64,000 bases of DNA from Selaginella moellendorffii (GCF_000143415.4 NW_003314261.1:4566691-4630690), one strand, 5' to 3'; counted from the stretch's first letter, positions 48,087-60,905 are shown. Program-made: numbers and translations. The notes: a model not told the origin generated them from the letters alone.

Positions 48087-48518
48087 ATGGAGCGAGCGCT
48101 AGTTTTGGCCGTAGCAATTCTTCTCCTTGCGCAGCTTGCTGCTTGCCAAGGGCCCCGGGGAACTCTGGGTGTCTACCAAGCAAGCAACTCATCGAGTAAG
48201 TTCTGCTGTTGACGAGTCACCACTTCTTACTCATGTTGTTTGCGTGTTCCAGCTTACACACCTTGTCCTCGAAGTGGATGGAGCCGAGGCCAGGCTCTAG
48301 CAAATAGCCAGGCGATTTTCAATGGCCCCTCCAGCGCGTGCTTGAGGAGCTACAATCTCACCAGTGACTATAACCGTGGTTTTGGAGTGAGAGCGGTGGT
48401 CAGAGTGGTCGGGACATGCTCGGCATGCTATACTTTTCACAGCACCCAGTCGACTTTCACGTCCATCGCGCAGCCAGGCGCTCAAATCCCTCTGTCTATA
48501 GAGTACATCCCGTCCTGA
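48087..48518 (+). CDS. Small secreted EG45-like / double-psi beta-barrel protein (plant natriuretic peptide/barwin-like), 2 exons
   Basis: Signal peptide MERALVLAVAILLLAQLAAC; intron about 48196-48252; YTPC...IFNGPSSACLRSYNLT...VVRVVGTCSAC...FTSIAQP...IEY follows the EG45 pattern. Confidence 0.65.
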
Positions 48519-48756
48519 GAATTGTGCGAGAGCAAATAAAAGTACCTTGTGTATAGGCTGCGAGCTTCTTAACGATTTTAACAATAAAACTGGAAACGTA
48601 GCTGCAAACAGTGCTCTTACGTATTCAAAGAGTGATGAGTATAGAGGTGTTAAACGTTGTCCGGATTTTAAGAAGACTGGAAACAGGCGCTTGGCTAGTG
48701 CTTGAGATGTTTGAAATCCAGCGGATGCTTACCAGTTGATTTTGTAGACTTTCCTT

Positions 48757-49528
48757 TCAAAACCTTTTTTTCTGAGATTTTGGTCTGAGCATGATATTGG
48801 AACGTTGTATATGTGACCCTTGAAGTCTTTGCTTGAGAAAGTCTGAGCCTTTCCGTGCATGAGACGGGGTGTCATTCAGCACAACGAGCTTGGTTCTGCG
48901 CAAACTCAAAGAATCTATTCAGAAATTCATCCATATGAAAAATCTCTAACCTGTCATTGATTGAGATGCTCGCAACTTTCTTCTTGGTCTTTCGCTTGGG
49001 CCTCGACTCCGTCGGTTGAGCATCGCATACATTCGTCGCTTCCTTCCTGTTGAGTTTAAACGCTAGTCATGTAAAGAAGAAGAAAATGAAGGAGAACTTA
49101 CCGCTCCTTGTCTATGAGGAACTGGACAACGCTCTCGTCCAGGAAGCCCGAGTTTTTCATGGCCAAAACTCCAGCCTCGGGATCGGAATCGTTCTCGACA
49201 AGATCTTCTTCTTTCCTTTCTCTTTCTTCCAGCTTCTTCGCTTTCTTCTCCAATTTCATTAGCTTTGCCTCTCTATTACGCTCGTCCCGCTTGCGTCTCT
49301 TGGATTTCGCCTCGGACGCTATCCTAGCGAGCAAAGATACCCACTGCATTCGTATGAAGGAAAATTAAACAAGAGAAGTACCTCTTCTCGGTGTCGCGTT
49401 CTTGCTTTCGAGCAATCTCCGCGGCATCGCGGCCCTAGAATCGCAATCTGTGAGAAGCAGGAAGAATGCGATCGCGCGCCTACCTCGACCATCGTGACCT
49501 CCTCTGGAGCACCTTCGCTGTCACTCAT
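48757..49528 (-). CDS. Small charged protein, possibly nucleolar (MSDSEGAPEEVT... start), multi-exon
   Basis: Exons bounded by GT-AG; K/E/R-rich coiled segment, GFLDESVVQFL, basic C-terminus; telo-box-like AAACCCTA just upstream. Confidence 0.6.
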
Positions 49529-49582
49529 TGGTTTCACGCAAACCCTAAACCTCATCATCCTTTCATTTGGCATTGAAGAACC

Positions 49583-51005
49583 CTAAAAACAGGACAATAG
49601 ATTTGCTTCTAGCGATGGCATTCGCTCCTTCTCCATAGCCAAGAACACACCCAGCCCACCATCGTTCTTGCAGTTCGAGACGATCACCACGAACTCCGCG
49701 CGATCATTCACCACCGGCGTCACGTAGCTGGGCCTCCCAAAGCCGAAATCCAGGTCCTGGAAAGGGATTTTCCACCAGGGCGTGATGATCGTCCCTCCCG
49801 GAATGTTGATCATCCCGCGGTGGAGCTCGCACCAATCGATCTGCGACCGAACGTACTCCTCGGTTCCAGTAGATGCCAGCGCTCGCCGGACACGATCGAC
49901 GCAAAACGCGAGAGATTGGCGGCGGATCTCTCCCGCCGTGGCGTCCACGCAGCTCGCCCCCACGACAGCATTCCCGCAGAAATTCTCCGGAAGATCGAGC
50001 TTGCCTCGCGTGCTCGTGACCAGGAAGAGCTTCGATGGATCGCCTGGAGCAAGATGATCCATCGATTTGGTTCTTGCCTGCCAGATGTGAGCTGCTAGGA
50101 CCTCGAACGTGGAGGGACGCTTGATCCATTGTGATCCCAGGACCGTGTTCTTGAGGCTCTGGATCATCCCGGGCGTGAATTCGAGGACTTTAAACGCGAG
50201 GTTTGTGTGATCGAGCTCCGGAGAGAACGAGCGTGGATCGAAGAGAACTTTTGGGGGAATCTCTGGGAGCCGCTGCATTTCCTTGTGATCGTAGGAGGTG
50301 TGAGGGGGCGATCGAGGAAGCAAGAGCGATCGATCGGGACTGGGATTAGGGAAGAACTCCTGGCAGCCGCGCACAATCTTCGTATAGTCGTGAAGAAAAT
50401 TGTATGCCGAGAATCCATCCATGGCGACATGGCTCGCGCAAATTCCCAGAGCGATCCCACCACACTGGAACTCCGTCACCTTTTCGAAGAACAAGAGTAT
50501 TTTGCAATCAAGCGAAAGATTTGATCACTTTTCTTGCCTGGAGAGTGAGCAATGGAAGATCCTGGATGGATTCCACATTTCTTGGAAGTGTGATGAGCTC
50601 TTTTCGAAAGAGGGGATCTGGATCACGGAGATTGTGGAGCTGGGCTATGGTGGCGTCCATTGATGCCCGCGTAAACACCACTCCAGCTCCATTGCAATCG
50701 ATCTCCAGGCGCCCATTTTCGTCATTGAGCTTGAAACTCCCGGCCAGGAAGTAGTACGGAACGAGGATCTTGGCGAGACACTCGCGGAGTTTCTCAATCC
50801 AATCGCGGGGATTGTCGATCGAATCGTAGACCATGATCCACTCGACATGGAAGAAAACTTGATGATCGATGTTGCTGAGATAAAGAGTTCTTCGCTCGAG
50901 AGGAAGAGCTGGGGTGACGAGCTCGGAGCTTTGAATCACCACCATTGGATTGCGGTTACCATCCATCCAACGATCGATCGGTTTTAAAGCCGGGAGAGAT
51001 TCCAT
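49583..51005 (-). CDS. BAHD acyltransferase, 2 exons
   Basis: LYLSNID, YYFLAG, LPLLTLQ^VTEFQCGG, HVAMDG (HxxxD), DFGFG (DFGWG variant). Confidence 0.92.
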
Positions 51006-51448
51006 TCTTCGCTATAGTAGTTTTGTGTGTGTACTTGTGAGATTCCTTTTTACATCACGCAGAGGACATGGCTTTCATGCCGCCATGCGAATCGAGCCTG
51101 GCACCTCTGGCTCACGACGCAGTGGCCGATGCCGTCCATCTGGACGGCTCTCCTTGGGCTACGAGGGCTAGGATTGGAAGGAATCCCGTCGAGCGTCTCC
51201 GGCTTAAGCCTAGAAGGCGCTATTGGATCAGCTGCGTTAGGGTCGGATTTCTCTTCTCCAATCCTCCAGAGATCCGAGCTCCGCATCCACAGCGCTGAAT
51301 GGAGCATGCCAGCAGCAGCATTTTGATATCGAAATCGCAGCGGCCGGCGGATTCTTCTTCATCGATTCCTCGCCCTGGATCGAGCTCTAGAGTACCTGCA
51401 TTGGCGATGGAGCAAGAATGAGATGATTTGAGGAGCAGCACTCCGGCA

Positions 51449-54400
51449 ATGGAGAGGTATGGCAGTGGATATTTTGTCGATAATGTCTTAGATTTAGACG
51501 AATTTTATTGATAGCGAGATCGAGAGATTGCGCTCCGATAGGCGCGAGCTCCTGGAATACATACTCGCCATCAACAGCAAGATCGTCGTGACACCTCTGG
51601 ATGGAGTAAATTACGACAGCATCGATGTAAAGTATGTTCTTGACCGGGCACGGAAAGGTAAGGATGGTGCTTTGCGAATTATTACTCAATCTACTAAGTA
51701 AACGCTCTGGATCCCATTCAAGGCCTCACTATGGACATAGCAGCTGCATTTAATTCGCCACCACCTCAAGAGGTAAAAGATCGTGTCGTATCGACTTGCT
51801 GGAAAATTACTCTTTCTTTCACAGAATAACGACACAGTTTTATCTACGTCGCCTGTTGGTGAGGAGATTGCAGATGGGGGATCCTGTCCATCGGTGGAGG
51901 CTCCCTTCAAATTCCAAGGGGAACAAATAAAAAATGCCGATGAGATCGCTTTGTGCTTGCCAGCTTTTGAAACAGGTGTGTGAAACTTTTGTCAAGTTGT
52001 TTATTGACACCCCAGTTTGTCCCAGGTCTTTCCGACGACGATATCCGGGAAACAGCATACGAAGTTTTGCTTGCATCAGTGGGAGCAGCCGGGTGGGGCC
52101 TTTTATTTGGTTTGCTAGATTCTGATTTCTATATTGTGTAGTGGGCTGATGAAAAAGGAAGAGAGCGTCTCGCGGTCTGGAAAATGGAAGCCTCAATCGA
52201 AGGCTTCCGGTCTCGCTTGTCTGATGAGCATAATGCGAAAGCAACTTGAGGTACGTTTATCTGTAGCTCGCTACTGTAGATAACCGTCTGTATGGGACAG
52301 ATATCTGAAGAGAATGACAAAAGGACAACAGATGCATTGTTTCATGCATCCAGCGGAAGATTGGGCAAAAGAACTGATAGCTTGCTTGTGCCGCTCGAGT
52401 TGTTATGCAATACAAAACGGGAAATTTTTCCAGACGGGACTACCTATCTAAACTGGCAAAAGAGATTGGTAATATTTGTAACCTCGTTTTTCTGCTCTGA
52501 TAGTGTTTTGCCTTGCAGCTAAATATTGTAAGAGAAGGAGTGTTGAACAATTACCATTGGAACCTTGATCGATCGGATCATCTTGCTATGGAGTTGATGG
52601 CTTCAATAGCTAATGTTGAAACTTCCGCTGTAAGTGATTTTTTTTTATTTTTCTTTTGCGTGATTTTAAATTCTGATTTTAGTTTAAAGACCGAACCGAC
52701 GCGTTAAAACGTGTTAAGGATGTCTATCTCGCAATTTCAGGAAGAAATGGGAAATCTGAAGAACCCTGTCATTGGGCCGACGGTTACTATTTGAATGTCC
52801 GTTTGTACGAAAAGCTACTGTTTGGTATATTTGACCCTGTGAACTCGAGCCAATTTATTGAGGTTAGCGTCTCATGTATGTTTGAAGGCTCACGGTATTA
52901 CGTCCCTTCGTAGGAAGCAGAGGAACTCCTTGAGCTGCTAAAATCGACGTGGAGAGTGTTGGGACTCAATCAGATTGTACACGATACATGCTTTACGTGG
53001 GTTATTTTCAAACAGGTAATGTCTAAGTAATACGTCTGCTTATTCACAAACTTGGCTATGGAACAGTTCGTCGTCACTGGGGAGTTTTTCTTGCTCCAGC
53101 ACGCTCAACGTCAAATGAAACTGATTACATTTGATCGACCAAGAACTGTAGCAGAACGGGCGTATCTTAAGACAACGAAACACGGGAATCTCGATGTTTC
53201 ATATGTCCAAGCTGTTCTGGGATCTATTAAGTCATGGATTGACAAGCAGTTGAATGACTACCATCTGTACTTTCAGCATGTAAGTGCATGTGCTCTCAAC
53301 GTTTACTCAATCTTGATTTTAGGATCGTACAAAAATGGAAGCGGTGCTTGCCATTGTTGTAACTTCTGCAAGGCTTCTAACTGAGGAGGAAACGGTAAAT
53401 TGTGTTGACTCCTCTTTTGGATAATGTCAATTAATCTGTTGCTCATAAAATGCAGAAAGCTCCAGGAATATCGAATACGTTAGTTATTGCAAAGCTGATC
53501 GAGGGTTACATATCTTCATCGATTAAGGAGGCCTATGCAAGGGTTCGTAAGCGACCTGTACTCGATATTTGAATACTAATGGCTGCTTATAGGTTTTGGC
53601 ACAATCTGCAAAACAAGAAGGCCATTGCGGTCGGCTGATATCACTTGCTGAAGATACTAAAAAACTCGCTGATTACGATATTACGTTCTTTTCCCCTCTC
53701 CTATGTCGTTGGGGACCTTTGTCGGTTGCTGTCACGGCTTCAGTATTGCATGCTGCTTACTTCAAGGAGCTTGTAAGTTTCTTAGAAGATAAAATTCTTA
53801 CCAATCACTTGTGTATGCTCAGAAACCTTGTCTTGAAAGATTGTCGACATCACCCGACGATGAAGTCACTTCACTACTATATGCAGCGGATAACTTGGAA
53901 CAATATTTATTGGACTTAGTAACTTCAGCAGAGAACGGGGATGGAAAGGTTGCCGAATATAAGGCACAAATGATACCATACGAGGTTAGCTTACTGGAGG
54001 TGTACAACCTTCTGATGTTCTTTTTTGCAGCTAGATAAAATACCGGGGAACTGGAGTATGCGCTGTATAACAACAAAGTTTGAAGAGCTCTCCAATGGTG
54101 TTGAAAGTGCTTTCATGGAGGAGGTGAGAGGTATACCCTTTGTCTATCAAATAAACTGGAGTTCTTGTGCAGAATTGGGAACCTTTATCCCCAGAAGAGC
54201 GCTATGGTCGTTCTGCCTCAGACATCTTTAAAGCAATTGACAAGGTAAGCACCAAGGCTTTAAGTCAGATCCTGTCATGTTGTCTATAGGTAGTGGACAG
54301 TTTCTTTGGCATAGAGTTTCCAATAAGGGCGTCCCATATAAAAAACTTGATAGATGCCTTGGAAAATGCGGTGCAACTTTATTCCGACAAACTACACAAG

Positions 54401-55729
54401 CAACTCGGTGCGTTGGTTTTTGTTTTTTTTTTTTTAGCATACCGACGCATCTTATATGTTCGAATCAGGTGACAAGGCTGATTTAATACCTCCAGCACCG
54501 GCTCTAACACGCCACAAAAAAGAAATCTCTATTAAGGTGTTCTCTAAGAGGAAGGTGAGCGATCCACATTTGCCAGACGAGAAGCGTTCGAGCGAATTGA
54601 ACGCGCTTACAACAGCTAAGCTTTGCATGCGTCTGAACACCCTGCACGTAAGCTGACTTTACCAGGTTACTCTTTTCTAACATTTTCCGAACAGTTTGTA
54701 CTGCATCAACTTAATCTGTTACAAGAAAATATCAAGCAGAAGTGGCTAACAAAGAGGGCACAGTATTGCAGTGGTATGAGTGGTACTTTTATGGTTGGTT
54801 CTAGTTTACGTTTCAAATTTGCAGGAAGCCAGATAAAGTCAAAGCAAAGCGAAGAGATTTTGCCTGGCTTTGAAACGTCTAAGAAGTTTGTGACCTGGGT
54901 ACTTGAGCAAACGTGCGAATTTACAGGTGAATAAGGATCTGTATTTAGCTACATGTCTGACAATGTTGTATGTAGGCTTCAAGCTTATTTTTTGGGACAT
55001 GCGTGAAGCATATGTTGATACTTTATACAAAGGAAACGTTGGCCAGTGTCGTATCGAAAAAGTGGTGAATGGACTTGACACGGTAAGCTTCCATTTGTTT
55101 TTGGCAGCTTCTTAGCGATTCTTTCATCTTTTTTTGCAGGCATTGGGTCAGCTGTGTGAGGTTCTTGTTGAGCCTTTACGGGATCAAGTAGTTTTTGGAC
55201 TCCTGGAAGCATCTCTTGTATGCGCGTGATAGCTTAATATATGGCTGTCTAATGTTGGAAACTATACAGGAAGGATTTCTGTGGGTGCTTCTTGATGGCG
55301 GTCCGTTTCGTTCGTTTTCTCAAGCTGACACAGAAATACTGGAACAGGATCTTAATATTCTGAAGGTAAATTGATGCTTCTTTCAACTGCGGTTCTCAGT
55401 TTGCGCTCCAGGATTTCTTTGTTGCCGATGGTGACGGCCTTCCAAGAGTGACTGTTAATAATGCTGCCTCCCAGGTTCATCAAATTCTAAATCTCTACAG
55501 ACTTGAGGTATTTTACCTAAATCCTTTTGCGGCCAGCTTTTCAATCTAATTCTTTCAGACGCACGCGGTAATTGAGAACTTTAAACGAGCAAGCGAACAA
55601 ATGAGCAACCCTGCCAAGAGTTCCGCTCAAGTCGCCGACTCAGAGATTTTGCTCCGTGTGCTCTGCCACAGGAAAGACAAGGAGGCAGCCAAGTTTTTGA
55701 GGCAGTGCAAACTGCCTAAACAATCGTAG
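51449..55729 (+). CDS. Plant unc-13 homologue / PATROL1-like (MUN, DUF810), many exons
   Basis: RSDRRELLEYIL, LSDDDIRETAYEVLLAS, LLVPLELL, CHWADGYYLNVRLYEKLL, LIPPAPALTR, KLIFWDMRE, VLLDGGPFRSF, LLRVLCHR; TAG 55727-55729. Confidence 0.88.
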
Positions 55730-56181
55730 CGCGTCTTCATTTGCAAAAGACACGTAAGGTTCGTGTTCGTACGACTTAGCGTTGTCTTTTGATCACTCTG
55801 TTTCCAGCCTAAGCCTTTGAGAAGTTTTCACAGCACAAGCGCATTGACATACCATCGCGAGGATTTATATTTCCAGGATAGACTGTATTTACAGGCCAGG
55901 TGAGCTCCGGAAGTTCAGCGTCACTCGAGGTTCTTATCCAACACCTGTTTGTCTTTGTTTTTCTTCCAGGGCTCACGAGGCCCTCGTGGCTGTCGGTCGG
56001 GCATTCAGGATGCGACGCGTGCCTTGCCACTTAGCTCTCGTTTCAGTCAAGCGTACACTACATAACAGGTGTGACTTCAAAGTATTTAGTCACTTGAAAG
56101 TTTTCCACTCGCAGATCGTCCATCACTGCCAGAAAGAAGAATCTCTGCCTCTCTCTCTCTATCTCTCTCTCTGTCTCCAGA

Positions 56182-56628
56182 ATGGCTCAGGAAAATTTCC
56201 AGCTGCTAAAGTCGGTTGAGGATCCTTCCCAGGCCCAGCACCAAGAAGTTGCCGTCGAGAAGAAGCCAGTGACGTTCCGGGTGCCGCGAACTCCAGAGAT
56301 CCCTCGCGAGCTCCTCGCCACCAAGCCCAAGGATCGCATCGACGAGCTCCTGGTCCTTGAGGGGATAGACATTCCAGGATGCAAGCTCGTGCTGGATGTG
56401 TATCTCAATCTCCCCATCGCGGATGAAAACATGCGGCACGACATCGCGGAGTACGTGGGCTCCTTCTACTGCATCACTCCCAGGAGGAGCGACCAGAAGT
56501 TCTCCATTCGGTCCAATCTCGAGATGCTGGAGCTAGACAACGCCAAGGAGATCACCGTGACGGTCGTTCCAAGGGGGGGTTGCCATACGGAGGTTCCAAT
56601 CCGAGGCGCCAACATCGTGTATGCTTGA
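56182..56628 (+). CDS. Stand-alone polyphenol oxidase C-terminal domain (PPO1_KFDV-like)
   Basis: VTFRVPR, DELLVLEGI, LDVYLN, EYVGSF, LEMLELDNAKEITVTVVPR...I.GANIVY follow the PPO C-terminal domain; no tyrosinase copper domain upstream. Confidence 0.8.
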   Translation: MAQENFQLLKSVEDPSQAQHQEVAVEKKPVTFRVPRTPEIPRELLATKPKDRIDELLVLEGIDIPGCKLVLDVYLNLPIADENMRHDIAEYVGSFYCITPRRSDQKFSIRSNLEMLELDNAKEITVTVVPRGGCHTEVPIRGANIVYA

Positions 56629-56912
56629 TTGATCCAGAGCGCGCGTAGTCGCGAATGAAATGCTTGTAAGGATTGCGTAGAATCTCTTATGAAACCCAGA
56701 CGGTCAGGAACTCTGTTCTTGACACGAGGGGCTCACTTAAGATCTTTTATATTTTCAAGCAAATCAGTTTTCCTGGACTGAACAATATGCTATCCTCTAA
56801 TCGCGATTCCAGTGTATTATTTTAAAGTAAAATTAATATACTCTTTTAGAAAAGTTAATTGAAATAATACTGTTTTGCGTACTAAAGTAATAAACTAAAC
56901 TCAATACTTATT

Positions 56913-57779
56913 TTATAATGAACAAAATTTATGATTTGAAGTACCCAATGCCCAAAATTGTTTATTTGGATATTTTGTTGAATAAATTACCAAATCACAA
57001 TTATTTTGAATTATAAGAAAGACTGGTATAATACAATTTCTCTTTGCACAATATTCACCACTTGACCATATAGCTTTAGTTTTATTATAATATAATACAA
57101 GGTTGCCATCATTCTGAAGTTTTAAGTTACATCCATAATAAAATAAATTTCCAGTTTCTGAGTCCCAAATTATTTTACTTAAAGAATAAATAATTATATT
57201 ACAATTTGATTGTACATATAACATAGTTTTACCATTTGAAGAAATCAAGAAATTACTAGAAGCAATTAATGCTGGACTAGATAATGTACTAATAATATAT
57301 AAACAACCAAAAAGTTTATCAAAAACATTAAAATTTTGATTCTTGTTTTCGAAATCAAAACTCCAATCGTCAGTTATTTTATATGTTATTTCATATACTC
57401 CATTTTGTTTTTCAAAAAAGTCAGAGCAATATCTTTGTATCTCTTCCTCACATGTATTTAAAATTGTGGTAAAACCTCTTTTCAAATTTTGACCATAGAC
57501 TTCTTGGGTTGTTTGTTGAAGTGAACAATCATCTATAATTTTTAAAGTTAAGTGTACAAGTCCTTGAGAAGTAGGTATTAAATCACCATCTGTAAAAGTT
57601 GTAGGGTAATAATCATTGCCATTAATTTTTATTATTAATTGTCTAATAGCAGACATAATAGTACCAATATCATGTATATTCAAAACTCTTATTCTTCCAA
57701 ATTTAGGCCTATAATATGGTGCTTGAGATAGTTGTATGGTAACTAACAATAAAAGTAATAAAATTATACTGTTTTTCAT
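56913..57779 (-). CDS. Secreted protein: signal peptide + unassigned N-domain + C-terminal bulb-type (GNA-like) lectin
   Basis: MKNSIILLLLLLVTIQLSQA signal; LQNDGNLVLY...AIWSS and two degenerate repeats (QSNCNIIIY, QNNCDLVIY); 288 aa, intronless, very AT-rich. Confidence 0.75.
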   Translation of the reverse strand: MKNSIILLLLLLVTIQLSQAPYYRPKFGRIRVLNIHDIGTIMSAIRQLIIKINGNDYYPTTFTDGDLIPTSQGLVHLTLKIIDDCSLQQTTQEVYGQNLKRGFTTILNTCEEEIQRYCSDFFEKQNGVYEITYKITDDWSFDFENKNQNFNVFDKLFGCLYIISTLSSPALIASSNFLISSNGKTMLYVQSNCNIIIYSLSKIIWDSETGNLFYYGCNLKLQNDGNLVLYYNKTKAIWSSGEYCAKRNCIIPVFLIIQNNCDLVIYSTKYPNKQFWALGTSNHKFCSL

Positions 57780-57844
57780 ACTTGAAAAACTGTATAAATT
57801 GCACAAGCTATCGATCAGAGCTGGTTGTAAGTCACCACATCGAG

Positions 57845-60800
57845 GGATGGAGTGATCCCAGCATGGGCAATGTGAGCTACGCATCTAATAATAAATACTA
57901 TAGTAATGAGAGTTTTTCTTTATAATAGTTATGCTACGATTTATAATATATTACTTAAAATCTTTATTAAAGCAAACTTTAGAACTATAACACTTGGAAC
58001 ATTACTGTTTTAACAAGTAATCTAACTTAGAGATTATATTTGTCACTTAGCAAGTGCCAGTATAATAATTTATTATTCATTAAGAACCTTAGTATAAAAT
58101 CAAAACATTATCCTTTTATTTATAATATGTTCAAAAGTTTATTCTTGTATTGTTGATAGATTATCTAATCATATAATAAATAAAAGGTGTTTGCTACAAT
58201 GAATTTGTGATGATTGAGATTCAATGACTTTCCTGAAGGTGATGTGAATTTTCTATGGTAAAAATAGAAATAATAATACTATAATCTCAATAAAATGTTA
58301 GATTTTAACAATTAAGTACTAAATGTAGCTAAAATGAAAATAAAAATCAAAACAAGGATAAAAATGGAATTTTGGAATATCTGTTTATTAGTTTGAAAAA
58401 AATATTTCTCTATATTATCATTTTAAGAAAAACTATGTGAATTCCAGTATCATGCAAAATCTTTATTAAAATATATATTTCCTGAATATTAGAATTTTTG
58501 CCTATTTAGTTAAATATATGAATAATTTGCTGCTCTGTACAGTAATACTTGGTTTGCTTTAGTTTTTTTATATGCATATAAAAGGATTTTTGTCACTTTC
58601 TTTTATCCAATTTCTTTTTGAGTTTTATTTTTACACATACAAATAGTTTAGCCATTACAAAATAATTTAGTATCTTTTAATTTAAGATTTATATTGATAA
58701 ACTAAACAGATTGGATATCACATTCATAACTGCAAGGGTGGTCTTCAATATTTCACCATGTCACCATGTTCAAAAATGCCAGCTTAAAAGGCAGCTCTGC
58801 CCAGCCACAATCATATGATTAGAATCATAAAACCGGATAACAAACTATATACTAAATGTGAGGATTCCAAAATCTGACAGTTGTGTTGTGCACAAAAGCA
58901 AGAAGCTTCCTTCCAATCAAACCATACTTCTGAAAGTATCATAAAAAACCTTGAGTCTAAATGTTGACATATATTAACATCTCCTGATTAACATTTCCAG
59001 ATATCATGTTAGTTTGTCTCTGTGGCTTTTGTTTTAGTGGTCACAAGAGCTTCATGGTTTTTAAGATGACATTGTCTGTGGAAACTAGAACAACCTTGTT
59101 TTTCTCTGGAAAAAATGAAAAAAATGAATTTTTTTTTTAAGAAACTGAAATATCCAAGGTTTAACACTTCAATTTTATTTACAATTTCCTCAATGTTGTA
59201 AATATAAAGCTGAAATCCAAATTGGCTAAAAGCAAGTAACGAAAAGTCATTTTATATGCATAGAAATTATTGAGCTTCGCATTGATTGTTTATTATATTA
59301 ATTAATAATATGGTTTTGTGGTTTTGAATAATTTATTGTAAATAATGAGATTTAAACATGCTCACTCTAGACATATTCACCATTCCATGGAAGTGAATCA
59401 TTGAGCTAGAAGGATTAGACTCGATGTCTTGGATGAGCTTGGTTGGCAATCCACAGGGAGGCTGGCAAAGGCAACAGTGTTCCTGGAAACAGCAGCAGAG
59501 CAATGCTTGTGTCCAACATGCTAATATGATCTCATTTCAACTGTTTCTAGCTAAATCGTTCCCTAAGCTGAAAGTGCTTGAGAGAGAGCGAGAGACACTT
59601 AACTGGATATTGTTTGTGATCTGCGTATGAAGCCTTAGAGGTTTGTGCACCCCACGAGCTCAGTTTCAATGAGCTCAATGCATTAGCCTACACTTTTACC
59701 AGCATCCATGGCAGCAAGTTTGTTGTGAAGAGTCAGGTGCCTCTAGAAGATGCTGACAGTGTTGAGAACGGCCCATCTCACCTAGGAATTGGCCTCGAGT
59801 TGCTTGCGTGCAGTTGAGCCGTTTGAGAAGCTTGTCCAGTTTAAAATCCAGCTCCAATCAATCACCTCTTGGATGTTTGATAATCCCCCTTCTACAAGTC
59901 TGAACTTGAGGAACTTAGTTGTCACTCCAGCCAGTGCAATGCATGCATAATTGTGCCATAAACTACGAACTTTTGAGAAATGTGATTGATATACGCATAC
60001 TAAGTCATATCCTAGAAGTTAACTTTCCAGTTTTAACCTGCAAATAGTATCACCCTTGCTAGTAGCAGAATTTGAAACTTACTTCCATCCTGGAACACCA
60101 AATCCACGAAACTTGTCCCAGCTTGGACATTTATCGAGCCATTCTGTTTGAAGGCATCAAGGCTTGAGAATATGTCAAATTCCCATCAAGTAAGCCACCA
60201 AGAAATGCTTCTATAGAGCACTAGATTACTATTAACACAAGAGAAACTGGAAAAAATGGGTACCTGAGCTACTCTATTTCTGTACTGATTATAACTCAAA
60301 CACCACCATTGTTCTAGATGAATGAAAAACAAAGAGGAAGGATAAGCTCTTACCTAATCCAAACTAGAGCAAGTTGGAGATGTGTTTGCTGATAGAACTA
60401 TGCAGCGCTTGGCATGGAGAGAAGAGACACCAGGAACCGCAACAGCAGGGAGGCTAAAGCCTAAATGGACAGAGCAGTAAATTATTCATATATTAGGTTA
60501 CATAAACTATATAAAAGATATATTTTTTAATAAATAATGTCACATAGTTTTTCTTAAAATGAAAAAAAAATTTATTGAGATTATACTATTAGAACAGAAA
60601 TGTTTTTTTAAGGAAAGTCATTGAATCCTAATCATTACTAAGGTTTGTCAACAATATCACAATAAAGGAAGGGGAACATATTATTAATAAGACTGTAGCT
60701 TAATATTTAGGTTACAAAATTTTTTATTTAATAAAGATATATATCATGAATCATAGTAATTATTAAAAAAATTCTATTATTATATTTTTATTATTAGACT

Positions 60801-60890
60801 TTTATTTTATGCAGTTATCCAGATAAAAAGTAGTATTCATATTGCTCATGTGTGCACAAAGGGGCAGCAAGTGATATAGGAACTACCATC
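57845..60890. repeat. Long imperfect inverted repeat (about 57845-58545 and 60468-60890) around a gene-fragment-containing core
   Basis: Reverse-complement blocks such as acagagcagYaaattattcatatatt, tcacatagtttttcttaaaatga, tttattgagattata and aggaaagtcattgaatc occur in collinear order in both arms. Confidence 0.75.
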
Positions 60891-60905
60891 TATAGTTGGA
60901 CCTTC

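Noticed and set aside
51050-51910. Minus-strand ORFs as a separate gene
   Set aside because: Explained as antisense to the first exons and upstream region of the PATROL1-like gene.
57780-57884. Upstream ATG extending the lectin ORF to 323 aa
   Set aside because: The Met at 57779 begins a typical signal peptide; the extension runs into the inverted-repeat arm.
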